From contig CAWANJ010000001.1 of assembly GCA_963783385.1 (NCBI GenBank), forward strand, positions 256,001 to 320,000: a DNA stretch of 64,000 nucleotides, in the 5' to 3' direction. Below are positions 33,319 to 42,588 of this stretch, in pieces. The position numbers and the translations under genes are program-made. This DNA comes from an uncultured Gemmatimonadales bacterium. Lineage in GTDB: Bacteria; Gemmatimonadota; Gemmatimonadetes; Palauibacterales; Palauibacteraceae. Position 1 is the stretch's first letter. Each line of letters opens with the position of its first letter. Under the pieces are notes generated by a model, which searched no databases, was not told the origin of the DNA, and saw only the letters and a program-made list of their open reading frames with translations.

Positions 33319-33510
33319 CTAGCGGGTTTCCTGCTCCTTCCAGAAGCGCTCGAACTCGGCGTCCAGGTTCTTTCGGTCCCGGCGCATCTCGCGCTCGAAG
33401 GCATCCCGTCCGGCTTCGATCGCCGTGCGGATCCAGTTGCGCGTGATCCTGGGGTGCCGCGCCTCGGCGTCGTCATCCCGATCGGCGGGCTGCAGGTTCG
33501 CCTCCATCAT
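33319..33510 (-). CDS. Small charged hypothetical protein (63 aa), candidate NrdR-regulon member
   Basis: GGAGGT RBS; [63 protein letters not shown]; dedicated upstream promoter. Confidence 0.75.
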   Translation of the reverse strand: MMEANLQPADRDDDAEARHPRITRNWIRTAIEAGRDAFEREMRRDRKNLDAEFERFWKEQETR

Positions 33511-33565
33511 GGTGCTGACCTCCCGTGTGGGGGCGGCTCTCCTCCACCGCTGGGACATTCTCTTC

Positions 33566-33617
33566 CCCCAACATGTTGGGGTATCCGCAGCATAAGCCCC
33601 CCACATGTTGCGGTCAA
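33566..33617 (-). promoter_or_regulatory. sigma70 promoter (TTGACC-17-TATGCT) overlapped by tandem NrdR-like boxes
   Basis: Perfect palindrome CCCCAACATGTTGGGG (33566-33581) and CCCCCACATGTTGCGG (33598-33613), 32 bp apart; mirrors the nrdJ promoter. Confidence 0.8.
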
Positions 33618-33662
33618 GGCGTCGAGCCGTCCGCCCGTACGACGACGACGCGGCCGCCCGCG

Positions 33663-34529
33663 TCACAGCTCGAAGTGCTCGACCAGCCGCTTCTCCGTCT
33701 CGCCCTCGATGTGCGCTTCCACCTGGAGGTACCGCTCGAGCCCCGAACCTCGCAGCTTCTTGCGGAGGAGCTGGTCCACCTGGAACACGCCGGCCGAGTT
33801 GGTCATGTCGATCCGCACGCGCACGGGGGTCGCGTCGCCGGGCTCGATGTGCACGGCCTCGATCGCGGCGGCGGAGACCGAGTGGATGCTCATGGACCCC
33901 GCCTCGAAGGGGATGCGGGACCGGCCCTCGGCCATGTCCAGCGCGTCGGCCACCTTGAGGATCCCCGCCTCCAGCGTAAGCGGCTCGCCCCCGGCCCGGT
34001 GCGCGATCACCGCGTGCAGGATCTCCGACCGGAGGATCGTGTCCACGGGCGGGTCGTACACCCCGTCCAGCAGCTCCCGCAGCTTGGGCTGGGCCACGAA
34101 CAGCGAGTAGGCCTCGTGACCGTCGCGGTGGATCGAGATGCCCAGGTCGTGGACCAGGGCGGCCAGCACGACGACCACCTCGGCGTCCTTGTCCGTGAGC
34201 CCGTAGTCCCTCACCACGGAGGGCACGACGCCGCCATCCAGCAGGAGCCGCAGGATCCTGAGCGCCGAATTCGCCACGATCTGAACGTGCACGGGCCCGT
34301 GATCGGACATCCGCAGGCGATCCACCGCGTTGATGTTCGTCGCCAACCACAGGGCGTACAGATCCGTGTCGTCGTTCACCCGCTCGACGATCGTGGCCAG
34401 GGCCGGGTTGTGCCGGGCGGGCACCGAGATGCGGACGCGGTCTTCCATGCGCTCGAACAGGTCGGGGGTCGTGCGTCGGGCCGCGGCGTCCGGCACCGAC
34501 GCGCCGGCCTCCACCTCCTCCTCGATCAT
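33663..34529 (-). CDS. HD-domain metal-dependent phosphohydrolase
   Basis: DHGPVH, ALVHDLG, HRDGHE, KVADALDM. Confidence 0.88.
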   Translation of the reverse strand: MIEEEVEAGASVPDAAARRTTPDLFERMEDRVRISVPARHNPALATIVERVNDDTDLYALWLATNINAVDRLRMSDHGPVHVQIVANSALRILRLLLDGGVVPSVVRDYGLTDKDAEVVVVLAALVHDLGISIHRDGHEAYSLFVAQPKLRELLDGVYDPPVDTILRSEILHAVIAHRAGGEPLTLEAGILKVADALDMAEGRSRIPFEAGSMSIHSVSAAAIEAVHIEPGDATPVRVRIDMTNSAGVFQVDQLLRKKLRGSGLERYLQVEAHIEGETEKRLVEHFEL

Positions 34530-34614
34530 CGCGTCCCTCCGTCCAGGTCGTGTCCGGATGTCCGGCTCCGGGGAACCGCGGCGGCAAGATCCGGGCGAGC
34601 CCGGGGCGGCGACA

Positions 34615-35811
34615 TCAATCGGTCCCCCCGGCGGCCCCCGTCAGCCGCCGCACCGCCTCCTCGAGCGTGGGCACGGTCTTGCAGAAGGCGAAGCGCACCC
34701 GGTCCCGCCCTCCGTCCGGCTCGCTGAAGAAGCTCGAGCCCGGCACCGGGGCGACGCCGCGCTCGGCCGCCAGCCACCTCGAGAAGGTGTCATCGTCGCG
34801 ACCATCGAGCGCCGAGAAGTCCGCCAGGATGTAGTACGCCCCGGCCGGCGGCGCGCACCGGAACCCGGCCTCCCGCAGCCCGTGATGGAGCACGCCCCGC
34901 CGCTCCCGGTACCCCTCGGCCAGCTCCTCGTAGTATTCCGGGCCCAGCGCTTCCAGGGCCGTGGCGACCGCGTCCTGCAACGGGGCGGGAGCGCCCACGG
35001 TCAGGAAGTCGTGCACCTTGCGGATCGCCCCCGTGACTCCGGGCGGGGCCACGATCCACCCCACGCGCCACCCCGTCACGCTGAAAGTCTTGGAGGCCCC
35101 CGAGATCGTGATGGTGCGTCCGCCCATCCCCTCGAGCGATGCCATGGAAACGTGCTCGCCCTCGTAGAGGATGTGCTCGTAGATCTCGTCGGTGATCGCC
35201 CACGCCTCGTGGCGACGGCACAGACCGCCCAGGACCTCGAGCTCCCGCCGCGTGAACACCCTGCCGGTCGGGTTGTTGGGCGTGTTGAGGATGATCGCGC
35301 GGGTGGCATCCGAGAAGGCGCCCTCGATCCGTTCCAGATCGAGGCCGGGCCCCGGGCCCATGGGGACGAACACGGGCCGTGCTCCGCACAGCACGGCGTC
35401 GGGACCGTAGTTCTCGTAGAAGGGCTCCAGGACGATGACCTCGTCCCCGGGCTCGGCCACCGCCAGGAGGGCCGACGCCATGGCCTCGGTGGCCCCGCAG
35501 GTCACCGTCACCTCCCGGTCGGGATCCACCGGCGTGCCGTAGTCGCGCTCCCGGGTGGCCGCGATGGCGCGGCGCAGCCGGGGCGCACCCCAGGTGACCG
35601 CGTACTGGTTCAGGTCCGCGTGCACGGCCCGGACCGCCGCCTCCTTGAGGATGTCCGGCGCGGGGAAGTCCGGGAAGCCCTGGGCCAGGTTGATCGCCCC
35701 GTGCTCGCCCGCCACGCGTGTCATCTCGCGGATGACCGACTCCGTGAAGCCTTCGGTCCGCCCGGCGACCGGGGGCGCCGGCCGCCGCGGGCCGGACAGT
35801 GACCCGTTCAC
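34615..35811 (-). CDS. PLP-dependent aminotransferase class I/II
   Basis: INLAQGFPDF, NTPNNPTG, TDEIYEH, SKTFSVTGWRVG; start approximate. Confidence 0.93.
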   Translation of the reverse strand: MNGSLSGPRRPAPPVAGRTEGFTESVIREMTRVAGEHGAINLAQGFPDFPAPDILKEAAVRAVHADLNQYAVTWGAPRLRRAIAATRERDYGTPVDPDREVTVTCGATEAMASALLAVAEPGDEVIVLEPFYENYGPDAVLCGARPVFVPMGPGPGLDLERIEGAFSDATRAIILNTPNNPTGRVFTRRELEVLGGLCRRHEAWAITDEIYEHILYEGEHVSMASLEGMGGRTITISGASKTFSVTGWRVGWIVAPPGVTGAIRKVHDFLTVGAPAPLQDAVATALEALGPEYYEELAEGYRERRGVLHHGLREAGFRCAPPAGAYYILADFSALDGRDDDTFSRWLAAERGVAPVPGSSFFSEPDGGRDRVRFAFCKTVPTLEEAVRRLTGAAGGTD

Positions 35812-35984
35812 GTGACCCTCCCCGGCGGACCGTCGGCCCGGCTCCCGGACCCGGGAATCCGTACCCGGCCGATCCGGCAAGATCCGGGAAGAATTCCCCG
35901 ATCCGGCACCCGACGTCGATGGACCGGCTGCACTGGAGCCATGAATCGCCTTAGGACGAAACGGGTTACAGAACGACGAAAATC

Positions 35985-35999
35985 CGGAACGACCATTGC
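35985..35999 (+). promoter_or_regulatory. Putative sigma54 -24/-12 promoter
   Basis: CGGAACGACCATTGC, GG-N10-GC, versus consensus TGGCACGNNNNTTGC; lies in a relatively AT-rich intergenic stretch. Confidence 0.5.
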
Positions 36000-36146
36000 C
36001 TCAGAGAACGACCACGCTCGGAGCGCTCCCGCGGTCATGTGCCGGACCGGCGGCTGGACGCGGTGCTTCGAAGGCGCGGGAGGCAGCGGCAACGGAGACG
36101 TGGCCGTACGACCCCTGCACCGGCATCCAGCTACCCTGGAGGCTCC

Positions 36147-36404
36147 ATGAACGCCTACCGGCTGGCCCACGTCCCCTTCACCCTGGCCGACGCCACGCCC
36201 CGGCAGCATCTCCGGGTGCGCCGCGTACGGGGTGCGCCCGCCTCGCGACGCTGCCGCGAGCTGGGTGTCGTGCCGGGCGCGATCATCACCTGGCTGCGGT
36301 TCGAGGCAGGTAAGATCGTCGTACGCTTTCCCGAAGGCCACACGACCGCGGTCGAGGTGGGGATCGCGGCCCTCATCGAGGTCGACGGGCGCCCGAGCTC
36401 GTAG
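36147..36404 (+). CDS. FeoA-like SH3 domain protein
   Basis: TLADA...VRRV...RRCRELGVVPGAII...IAALIEV FeoA pattern; GGAGG RBS. Confidence 0.7.
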   Translation: MNAYRLAHVPFTLADATPRQHLRVRRVRGAPASRRCRELGVVPGAIITWLRFEAGKIVVRFPEGHTTAVEVGIAALIEVDGRPSS

Positions 36405-36990
36405 AGTCGTGCGCGCTCCGCAGGTCGATCGCCTTGAGCTTGCGGAGCTCGGTCTGGAGCCGCCTCAGGCTGTCCTCCCGCGTCTTGAGGTCGGTCTGCA
36501 ACCGCTCGTTGAGCGCCTCGAGCGTCTCGAGGTGCGCCCGCCGCTGATCCAGGTCGTCCTCCACCCGGGCCAGCCGCCGGTACAGCGTGTCCACGCGGGC
36601 ACTCAGCCGTGACACCCGCGTGCGCGCCTCGGAGGTGGCCTCCCGCTGCCTCTGCACCTCCCTCAGCAGGCTGATGAGCCGACTCGCCTCCGTCCGGTAG
36701 CCCGTCTTCGGGTACAGGGTCAGGAGCCGCTCCAGCTGCGTGCGAGCCAGGGATGGATCGTACACCGGGCTCCCGGGGAGCGCGTGCATGAGGCCCGCCC
36801 GATACAGCGCCCGCTCCTGGTGGTGCAGGGTCGTGTCGGACCGGTACACTCGCACCGCCTCCTCGTAGCGTCCGGCGTCGTACAGCGAATCGAAGTGGCT
36901 GGTGGCGCACGCCGCGGCCCCGATCGCCAGGGCCACGCCGCAGGCCGCCATCCACCCGATCGATCGCCGTCGCGTGGGCGGCCGACTCAT
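36373..36990 (-). CDS. Alpha-helical lipoprotein with C-terminal coiled coil (QseG/YfhG-like)
   Basis: Lipobox AAAC; TPR-like helix pair; heptad tail ending LRKLKAIDL; coupled to the kinase gene. Confidence 0.75.
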   Translation of the reverse strand: MSRPPTRRRSIGWMAACGVALAIGAAACATSHFDSLYDAGRYEEAVRVYRSDTTLHHQERALYRAGLMHALPGSPVYDPSLARTQLERLLTLYPKTGYRTEASRLISLLREVQRQREATSEARTRVSRLSARVDTLYRRLARVEDDLDQRRAHLETLEALNERLQTDLKTREDSLRRLQTELRKLKAIDLRSAHDSTSSGARRPR

Positions 36991-38546
36991 GTCGCCCCTC
37001 CGGTGGCCGCGACCGGACGGCCGGCCGCCTCGCGCACCCCGATCGGAAGGAGCACGCAGAACACGCTCCCCCGGGGCTCCCGGTCCTCCACCCAGATGGC
37101 CCCGCGATGCGCCCCCACGATCTCGCGGCACAGGGCGAGGCCGAGTCCCACCCCCGACCCGTCGTGCGAGCGGGCGTTGGGGGCCCGGTGGAAGCGCTCG
37201 AAGACCCTGGACTTCTCCTCCTCCGGGATCCCGGGGCCCTCGTCGCTCACGGCGAGGAGGGCCAGCCCCGAGCGCGCCGCCGGGACGCCGTCCCCCTCTG
37301 CGTGCGACTCGACCGTGGGAGCCCCGGGCGGGGCCTCCTCGACGCGGGTGAGGCGGACCCCGATGCGACTCCCGGCCGGCGCGTACTTGACCGCGTTGTC
37401 CAGCAGGTTCTCGATCACCTCCACGATGCGGTCTCCGTCGCAGCGGATCGGCATGCCGTCGGCAGGCAGATCCGTGTCGATGCGAATCGAGCGCTCCTCC
37501 AGGCGTAGGTCGAAGTCATCGGTCACGCACCGGATGAGCGAGGCCAGGTCCCCGGTACGGAAGTCGTACTCCAGGGCCCCCTCCTCCAGACGCGACAGGT
37601 CGAGGAGCCGGGAGATCATGGCCGACAGACGCGCTCCGCTGCGTCGGTTGAGCTCGAGGAGCCGCACTTGCTTGTCGTTGAGCTCCCCCGGCAGCCCGGC
37701 CAGGAGGAGCTGGGTGATCTCCTGCATCGAGGCCAGAGGGGTCTTGAGGTCGTGGGAGACCTGGGACAGGAAGCCGCGCTTGGCCCGGTCCAGCTCGCCC
37801 AGCCGGCGCGTCATGACGTTGAAGTCGCCCGCGAGGTCGGCGAACTCGTCCTCCTGGTCCAGGTCGAGCCGGTAGGCGAAGTCGCCCTCGGCGACGGCCC
37901 GCGTCCCCTCCTTGAGCCGCCGCAGGGACTCGGTGATCGAGCGCACGATGAAGCCCGCGAGCAGCAAGCTGAGCAGGAGCGCGACTCCCACCGCCGCCCC
38001 GGACACGCGCTCGGCGTTCCGCGCCGCCTCGGTGGTGGCCCGCACGCGCTCCTGCATGGCGGCCTGCGAGGCCTCCGTGAGCGCCCGTGTACGCTGACGC
38101 AGGTCCCCCAGGCTGGCGTCGAGCCAGCCGAGGACCGCATCCGCCTCGGGAGCGGCGAGGCCGTTGATCATGCCCTCCAGCGTGCGCTCGCGGGGAAACC
38201 GGCCCCGCCACAGCGCCGTGAGGCGATCGACCGCCTCTCGCTCCCCGCCCGTCAGGGGGAGGGAATCCAGACCGGCCAGGGCATCCCCGTAGGCCGCCCG
38301 GGCCCGCGTGAACGCGGCCGAGTAGCCCGTGTCGCCCGTGACCGCGTACTTGCTGGCGCTCTCCTGCATCTGGTCCAATCGCTGGAGCTGCTCGGTGGAG
38401 CTAACGGTGACGCGGGTGACCATGGAGGACAGCTGGCGGCTGGTCCGGACCGACTCACGCAGCGTGGAAACGTGGTACACCATCACCACCACCAGGAGGC
38501 CGATCAGGAGGCCGAAGCCCGCGACCAGCTTGGTGGAGACCTTCAT
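36987..38546 (-). CDS. HAMP-containing sensor histidine kinase (GlrK-like)
   Basis: Two TMs, HAMP, SHDLKTPLASM, NLLDNAVKY, DEGPG, GVGLGL. Confidence 0.95.
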   Translation of the reverse strand: MKVSTKLVAGFGLLIGLLVVVMVYHVSTLRESVRTSRQLSSMVTRVTVSSTEQLQRLDQMQESASKYAVTGDTGYSAAFTRARAAYGDALAGLDSLPLTGGEREAVDRLTALWRGRFPRERTLEGMINGLAAPEADAVLGWLDASLGDLRQRTRALTEASQAAMQERVRATTEAARNAERVSGAAVGVALLLSLLLAGFIVRSITESLRRLKEGTRAVAEGDFAYRLDLDQEDEFADLAGDFNVMTRRLGELDRAKRGFLSQVSHDLKTPLASMQEITQLLLAGLPGELNDKQVRLLELNRRSGARLSAMISRLLDLSRLEEGALEYDFRTGDLASLIRCVTDDFDLRLEERSIRIDTDLPADGMPIRCDGDRIVEVIENLLDNAVKYAPAGSRIGVRLTRVEEAPPGAPTVESHAEGDGVPAARSGLALLAVSDEGPGIPEEEKSRVFERFHRAPNARSHDGSGVGLGLALCREIVGAHRGAIWVEDREPRGSVFCVLLPIGVREAAGRPVAATGGAT

Positions 38547-38553
38547 GGTCCCA

Positions 38554-39927
38554 TCACTCGGCCCGGTACGCCTTGAGCTTGTTCCGGATCGTCTTCACGT
38601 CGAGCTCCAGCTGCCTGGCCGCCTCCGCCTTGTTGTTCCCGGCGTGCTCGAGGGTCTTGAGGATGAGCCGCTTCTCGGCCTCGGCTGCGGTGGTGCCCAC
38701 GGGTATGACGACGCGCGGGCTCCCCTCGTCCCGCACGTCGTGCAGATAGGGCGGCAGGTGGGATGGCTCGATCCAGCCCGACCCGGCCACGATCGTGGCC
38801 CGCTCGACCACGTTGCGCAGCTCCCGGACGTTGCCGGGCCACGGGTAGGCGAGCAGCAGCTCGCGGGCCGCGGAACCAAGCCCGCGGACCCCGGTGCCGT
38901 GCTTCTCGTTGAAACGCCGCACGAAGTGCTGGGCGAGGAGGGGGATGTCCCCACGCCGGTGCTCGAGCGGCGGTACGTTCACCGTGAACACGTTGAGCCG
39001 GTAGTAGAGGTCCTCGCGAAGCTCTCCGCGCTCCACGGCCGCGCCCGGATCCCGGTTGGTGGCGGCCATGACCCGCACGTCGAATCGGATCTCGCGACTG
39101 CCGCCCAGGCGCCGGGCCGAGCCTTCCTCGAGGATACGCAGGAGCTTGGGCTGGAGCTCGATCGGCATCTCCGCGATCTCGTCCAGGAACAGGGTTCCGC
39201 CGTCGGCCTGCTCGAAGCACCCGGGCCGGGCGCGGCTGGCTCCCGTGAAGGCGCCCTTCTCGTGGCCGAACAGCTCGCTCTCTATGAGGCCTTCGGGGAT
39301 GGCGGCCGCGTTGACCGCCAGGAAGGGCCGCTGTGCGCGGCCGCTGAGCTCGTGGATGGTGCGCGCCACCACCTCCTTGCCGGTCCCGCTCGGTCCCGTG
39401 AGGAGCGCCGAGGCGTCGCTGGACGCCAGCAGCTTCACGAGCCCGAACACCTCGCCCATGCGCTCGCTCTCCCCGATCAGGCCGCCGAGTCCCGCGCCGC
39501 CGTCCAGCCGGGCCTCCAGCTCCCGGATCGTGGAGCGGAGCCGTACCTCGTCGGTGGCGGAGTCGAGGATCGAGCGCAGCTTGGCGTAGTCGAGCGGCTT
39601 GGTGAGGAAGTCCCGCGCGCCGGCCTTCATGGCCTCGACGGCCTGGTCGATGCTGCCGTGGGCCGTGATGAGCAGGATGAGCCGGTCGTCCTCGTCGGCG
39701 CACAGCCCCCGTAGCAGGTCGAGGCCCGACCCGTCCGGGAGCACCACGTCGCTGATCACGATGTCCGGGTCACGCTCCGAGACGCGCTGGCGAGCCTGGT
39801 CGAGGTCGGCCGCGGTGGCCACGTCGAATCCCCAGCTCTCGATGCGCATCGAAAGCACCTCCCGGACGGCGGGCTCGTCATCGACGACCAGGACGGAAAG
39901 ACGGCTCTCCTTGGGAATGGGACACAC
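38554..39927 (-). CDS. Sigma54-dependent response regulator (NtrC family)
   Basis: REC VVDDE...DVVLPDG; GPSGTGKE; GAFTGA; WPGNVREL; Fis-type HTH. Confidence 0.96.
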   Translation of the reverse strand: MCPIPKESRLSVLVVDDEPAVREVLSMRIESWGFDVATAADLDQARQRVSERDPDIVISDVVLPDGSGLDLLRGLCADEDDRLILLITAHGSIDQAVEAMKAGARDFLTKPLDYAKLRSILDSATDEVRLRSTIRELEARLDGGAGLGGLIGESERMGEVFGLVKLLASSDASALLTGPSGTGKEVVARTIHELSGRAQRPFLAVNAAAIPEGLIESELFGHEKGAFTGASRARPGCFEQADGGTLFLDEIAEMPIELQPKLLRILEEGSARRLGGSREIRFDVRVMAATNRDPGAAVERGELREDLYYRLNVFTVNVPPLEHRRGDIPLLAQHFVRRFNEKHGTGVRGLGSAARELLLAYPWPGNVRELRNVVERATIVAGSGWIEPSHLPPYLHDVRDEGSPRVVIPVGTTAAEAEKRLILKTLEHAGNNKAEAARQLELDVKTIRNKLKAYRAE

Positions 39928-40010
39928 CTCCTTCGGCGTGGCTCCGGGCTACTCTCTTGGTCCCGGTCTACCCTCCACAGACAGCGTCGTGCCGGGAGCT
40001 CGGCGGCGGC

Positions 40011-41594
40011 TCACCAGCTCGCACCCATGGCCGCGGCCATCGAGACGATCCCGTCGTACAGGTCGTCCAGGAGCAGGTTCTCGTTGGGCGAATGCTGGTT
40101 GTCATCCGCGTTGACCACGGGCAGGTCGAGAAAGTCGGCCCCGAGGAGCTGCGGGAAGAGGTGGCCCGGAACGCTGCCACCCATGGTGGGGATGAGGGCC
40201 AGGGGCGTCTCTCCCGCCCGGCGCAGGGCCGCGACCACGGCCCGGGCGGAGGGTCGGTCCATGTCGGTTCGCACGGCCGGGTAGCCCATGCCCACCGTCA
40301 CCCGGGCCAGCCGCGGATGAGCCAGGCGCGTGGCCCGGTCGGGCTCCTCCTGGACCACGTCGTAGCCCCGCGAGCGGATCCAGTCCAGGAACCGGCGGAG
40401 CTGCTCGTGCGGGTCGATCCCGGCCACCAGCCGGAAGTCGAAGTCGGCGGTGGCTCGGTCGGGGATGATCGTCCGCGCCTGGGCTCCCACCCAGCCGCTC
40501 GCCATCCCGTCCACGTTGAGCGACGGCTCGGTGACGGCCGCCCAGCGACTGCCTGCATACTCGGGAGCCGGCACCAGGAGGGCGCGCCGCTCCGCCGTGT
40601 CGGGAGGCAGCGCCGCCAGCGCGGCTCGCTCCGCCGCCCCGAGCGGGCGGACGTCGTCGTACCAGCCGGGGATGGTCACGCGACCCGCCGAGTCCTGCAT
40701 GGACGCCACGAGGCGGGCCAGCCGTTCGGCCGGGTTCGGGGCCCAGTTTCCGTAGTGGCCACTGTGGAGGGGAGCGACGGGCCCGTACACGGTGACCCGG
40801 GCCGTGGCGATGCCCCGGGCGCCGAAGGTGACGGTCGTCCGGCCGGAGGGATGCCGCGGCCCGTCGACCACGATGGCCAGGTCCGCGCCCAGCTCGTCCC
40901 GGTGCTGCTCGAGCGCGCGGGCGAGGTGCGGAGAGCCCGCTTCCTCCTCCCCCTCGAACAGGAAGCGCAGGTGCGCGGCGGGCCCGCGGCCCTGGGCCCG
41001 GAGAGCGTCGAGCGCGGCGAGGAGCCCGACGATGGGTCCGCGGTCGTCGGCCGCGGCCCGCCCGTACAACCGGGCGCCGGCGGGCACCGAGTCCCCGGGA
41101 CCCGGAAGCGGCAGGGTCCGCGACTCCCCCCCGAGCGGGCCGCTCCGCAGCGTGGGCTGGAAGGGCTTCGAGCCGCTCCACCTGGACGGATCGACCGGCT
41201 GTCCGTCGTAGTGGGCGTAGAACAGGATCGTCCGGGACGCACCGGGCGCCGGGAGGTCCCCGACCACCAGCGGCGACCCGCCGGTCTCGACCAATCGGGT
41301 TCGGATGCCGCGGCCCTCCATCGCCCGCCGCAGCCAGGTCGCGTTGCGGCGGATGTCGGCGGAGTCGGACGCCACATCCGGGATCGACACGAACGCGGCC
41401 AGCTCGCGAACGATGTCGCCGCGGTGTCCCCTCACCCAGCCGCGCACCGCTCCGTAGTCCACCTCGCCCCGGCTCGTCGGCCCGGACGCCGCCGGCGTCC
41501 CCTGGGCCTCTAGCCCGCCGCCGGCCGCGAGAGCGGCCCCGAGCCACACCGCGCAGGCGAGGAGCAGAGCTCCCCGACCCCGTAGCCCCGCCAT
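40011..41594 (-). CDS. Secreted M20/M25/M40 metallopeptidase
   Basis: Signal peptide; YAHYDGQP, GRAAADD, EGEEEAGS, HSGHYG, QHSPNE. Confidence 0.92.
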   Translation of the reverse strand: MAGLRGRGALLLACAVWLGAALAAGGGLEAQGTPAASGPTSRGEVDYGAVRGWVRGHRGDIVRELAAFVSIPDVASDSADIRRNATWLRRAMEGRGIRTRLVETGGSPLVVGDLPAPGASRTILFYAHYDGQPVDPSRWSGSKPFQPTLRSGPLGGESRTLPLPGPGDSVPAGARLYGRAAADDRGPIVGLLAALDALRAQGRGPAAHLRFLFEGEEEAGSPHLARALEQHRDELGADLAIVVDGPRHPSGRTTVTFGARGIATARVTVYGPVAPLHSGHYGNWAPNPAERLARLVASMQDSAGRVTIPGWYDDVRPLGAAERAALAALPPDTAERRALLVPAPEYAGSRWAAVTEPSLNVDGMASGWVGAQARTIIPDRATADFDFRLVAGIDPHEQLRRFLDWIRSRGYDVVQEEPDRATRLAHPRLARVTVGMGYPAVRTDMDRPSARAVVAALRRAGETPLALIPTMGGSVPGHLFPQLLGADFLDLPVVNADDNQHSPNENLLLDDLYDGIVSMAAAMGASW

Positions 41595-41676
41595 GACACC
41601 TCCGTTCGGATCGCCCGGCCGCGGCCCACCGCGCGCGGCCCGTCCCCCATTATCTGTCCCGGGAGGAGGGCCGGTG

Positions 41677-42588
41677 TCAACGCTCGGGCTGCAGCAGGCC
41701 GTGCGTGGGGGTGACCGCGTCGACCCGATAGGAAGGCACCCGGTAGACCACCGAGTCGCCGCGCAGGGTCGCCCAGAATCCGGAGGGCTGGCGGGCGGAG
41801 AAGCGCAGCGCCGCGAGCGTGTCGCTCCCGGCCCCCAGCGCGACCACCGACCGCGTCGGCGCCCCCGGGCGCACCGTGTCGGGTGCAAAGCCGCCGGCCT
41901 GCAGCTCGGCCAGCCCGTCGAGGAGGCCGCGAACGGTCTTCGGCGACGCGGGGTGCCCGTTCACCGTCCAGGCCGAGTCCGTGCGGGCCAGGGTCATCGT
42001 GGTATCGCCCCGCGCGACAATGATCGTGCGTACGGCCCCGGTGTCGACCCGGACCATGGTGCGGTCGCGCCACTCCTCGACCGGGCGGGACGCCTGCCGC
42101 CGCAGGTCGCCCGAGAGGATCCACACCTCGTCGCTCCCCGGCACACGGGCATAGGCGCTCGGATAATAGGGACCCGCGCGACCGAGGAGCACCCGCACGC
42201 TGTCCCCGGAGCGCCGCCGGAAGGCCACCTCGATCGAGCCCGGGCCCTTCACCCCCAGGTCCGCTTGGTGCGCCGGGTTGCGGGAGGCGAGCTCCGTGAC
42301 GCGGGCGCTGTCCACGGCCGTCCAGAAGCTCGCCACCGCGTCCGAGTCGGTCGGCCACCCATCCACCAGCCAGCGGCCTCCCGAGCGCCTGAGCTCCACC
42401 GTGTCCTTCCCGTTCAGGACGCGCACCCACGTCACGCCCCCCTCGTGCACGCCGGCGAGCGTCGCCTGAAGGGCGCTCGACGCCGCCGGCCCCCGGTCTC
42501 CCCGGCGGCCCAGGAGAGCGCTGGCGGCCCAGGCGGCCACCACCACGACCACGCCAATGAGGATGGCACGCAGCGCCTTCTCGCTCAT
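41677..42588 (-). CDS. DUF4340 domain protein
   Basis: N-terminal TM; duplicated 'W.V.G.P.D..V' modules; typical last gene of Gld-type ABC operons. Confidence 0.8.
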   Translation of the reverse strand: MSEKALRAILIGVVVVVAAWAASALLGRRGDRGPAASSALQATLAGVHEGGVTWVRVLNGKDTVELRRSGGRWLVDGWPTDSDAVASFWTAVDSARVTELASRNPAHQADLGVKGPGSIEVAFRRRSGDSVRVLLGRAGPYYPSAYARVPGSDEVWILSGDLRRQASRPVEEWRDRTMVRVDTGAVRTIIVARGDTTMTLARTDSAWTVNGHPASPKTVRGLLDGLAELQAGGFAPDTVRPGAPTRSVVALGAGSDTLAALRFSARQPSGFWATLRGDSVVYRVPSYRVDAVTPTHGLLQPER

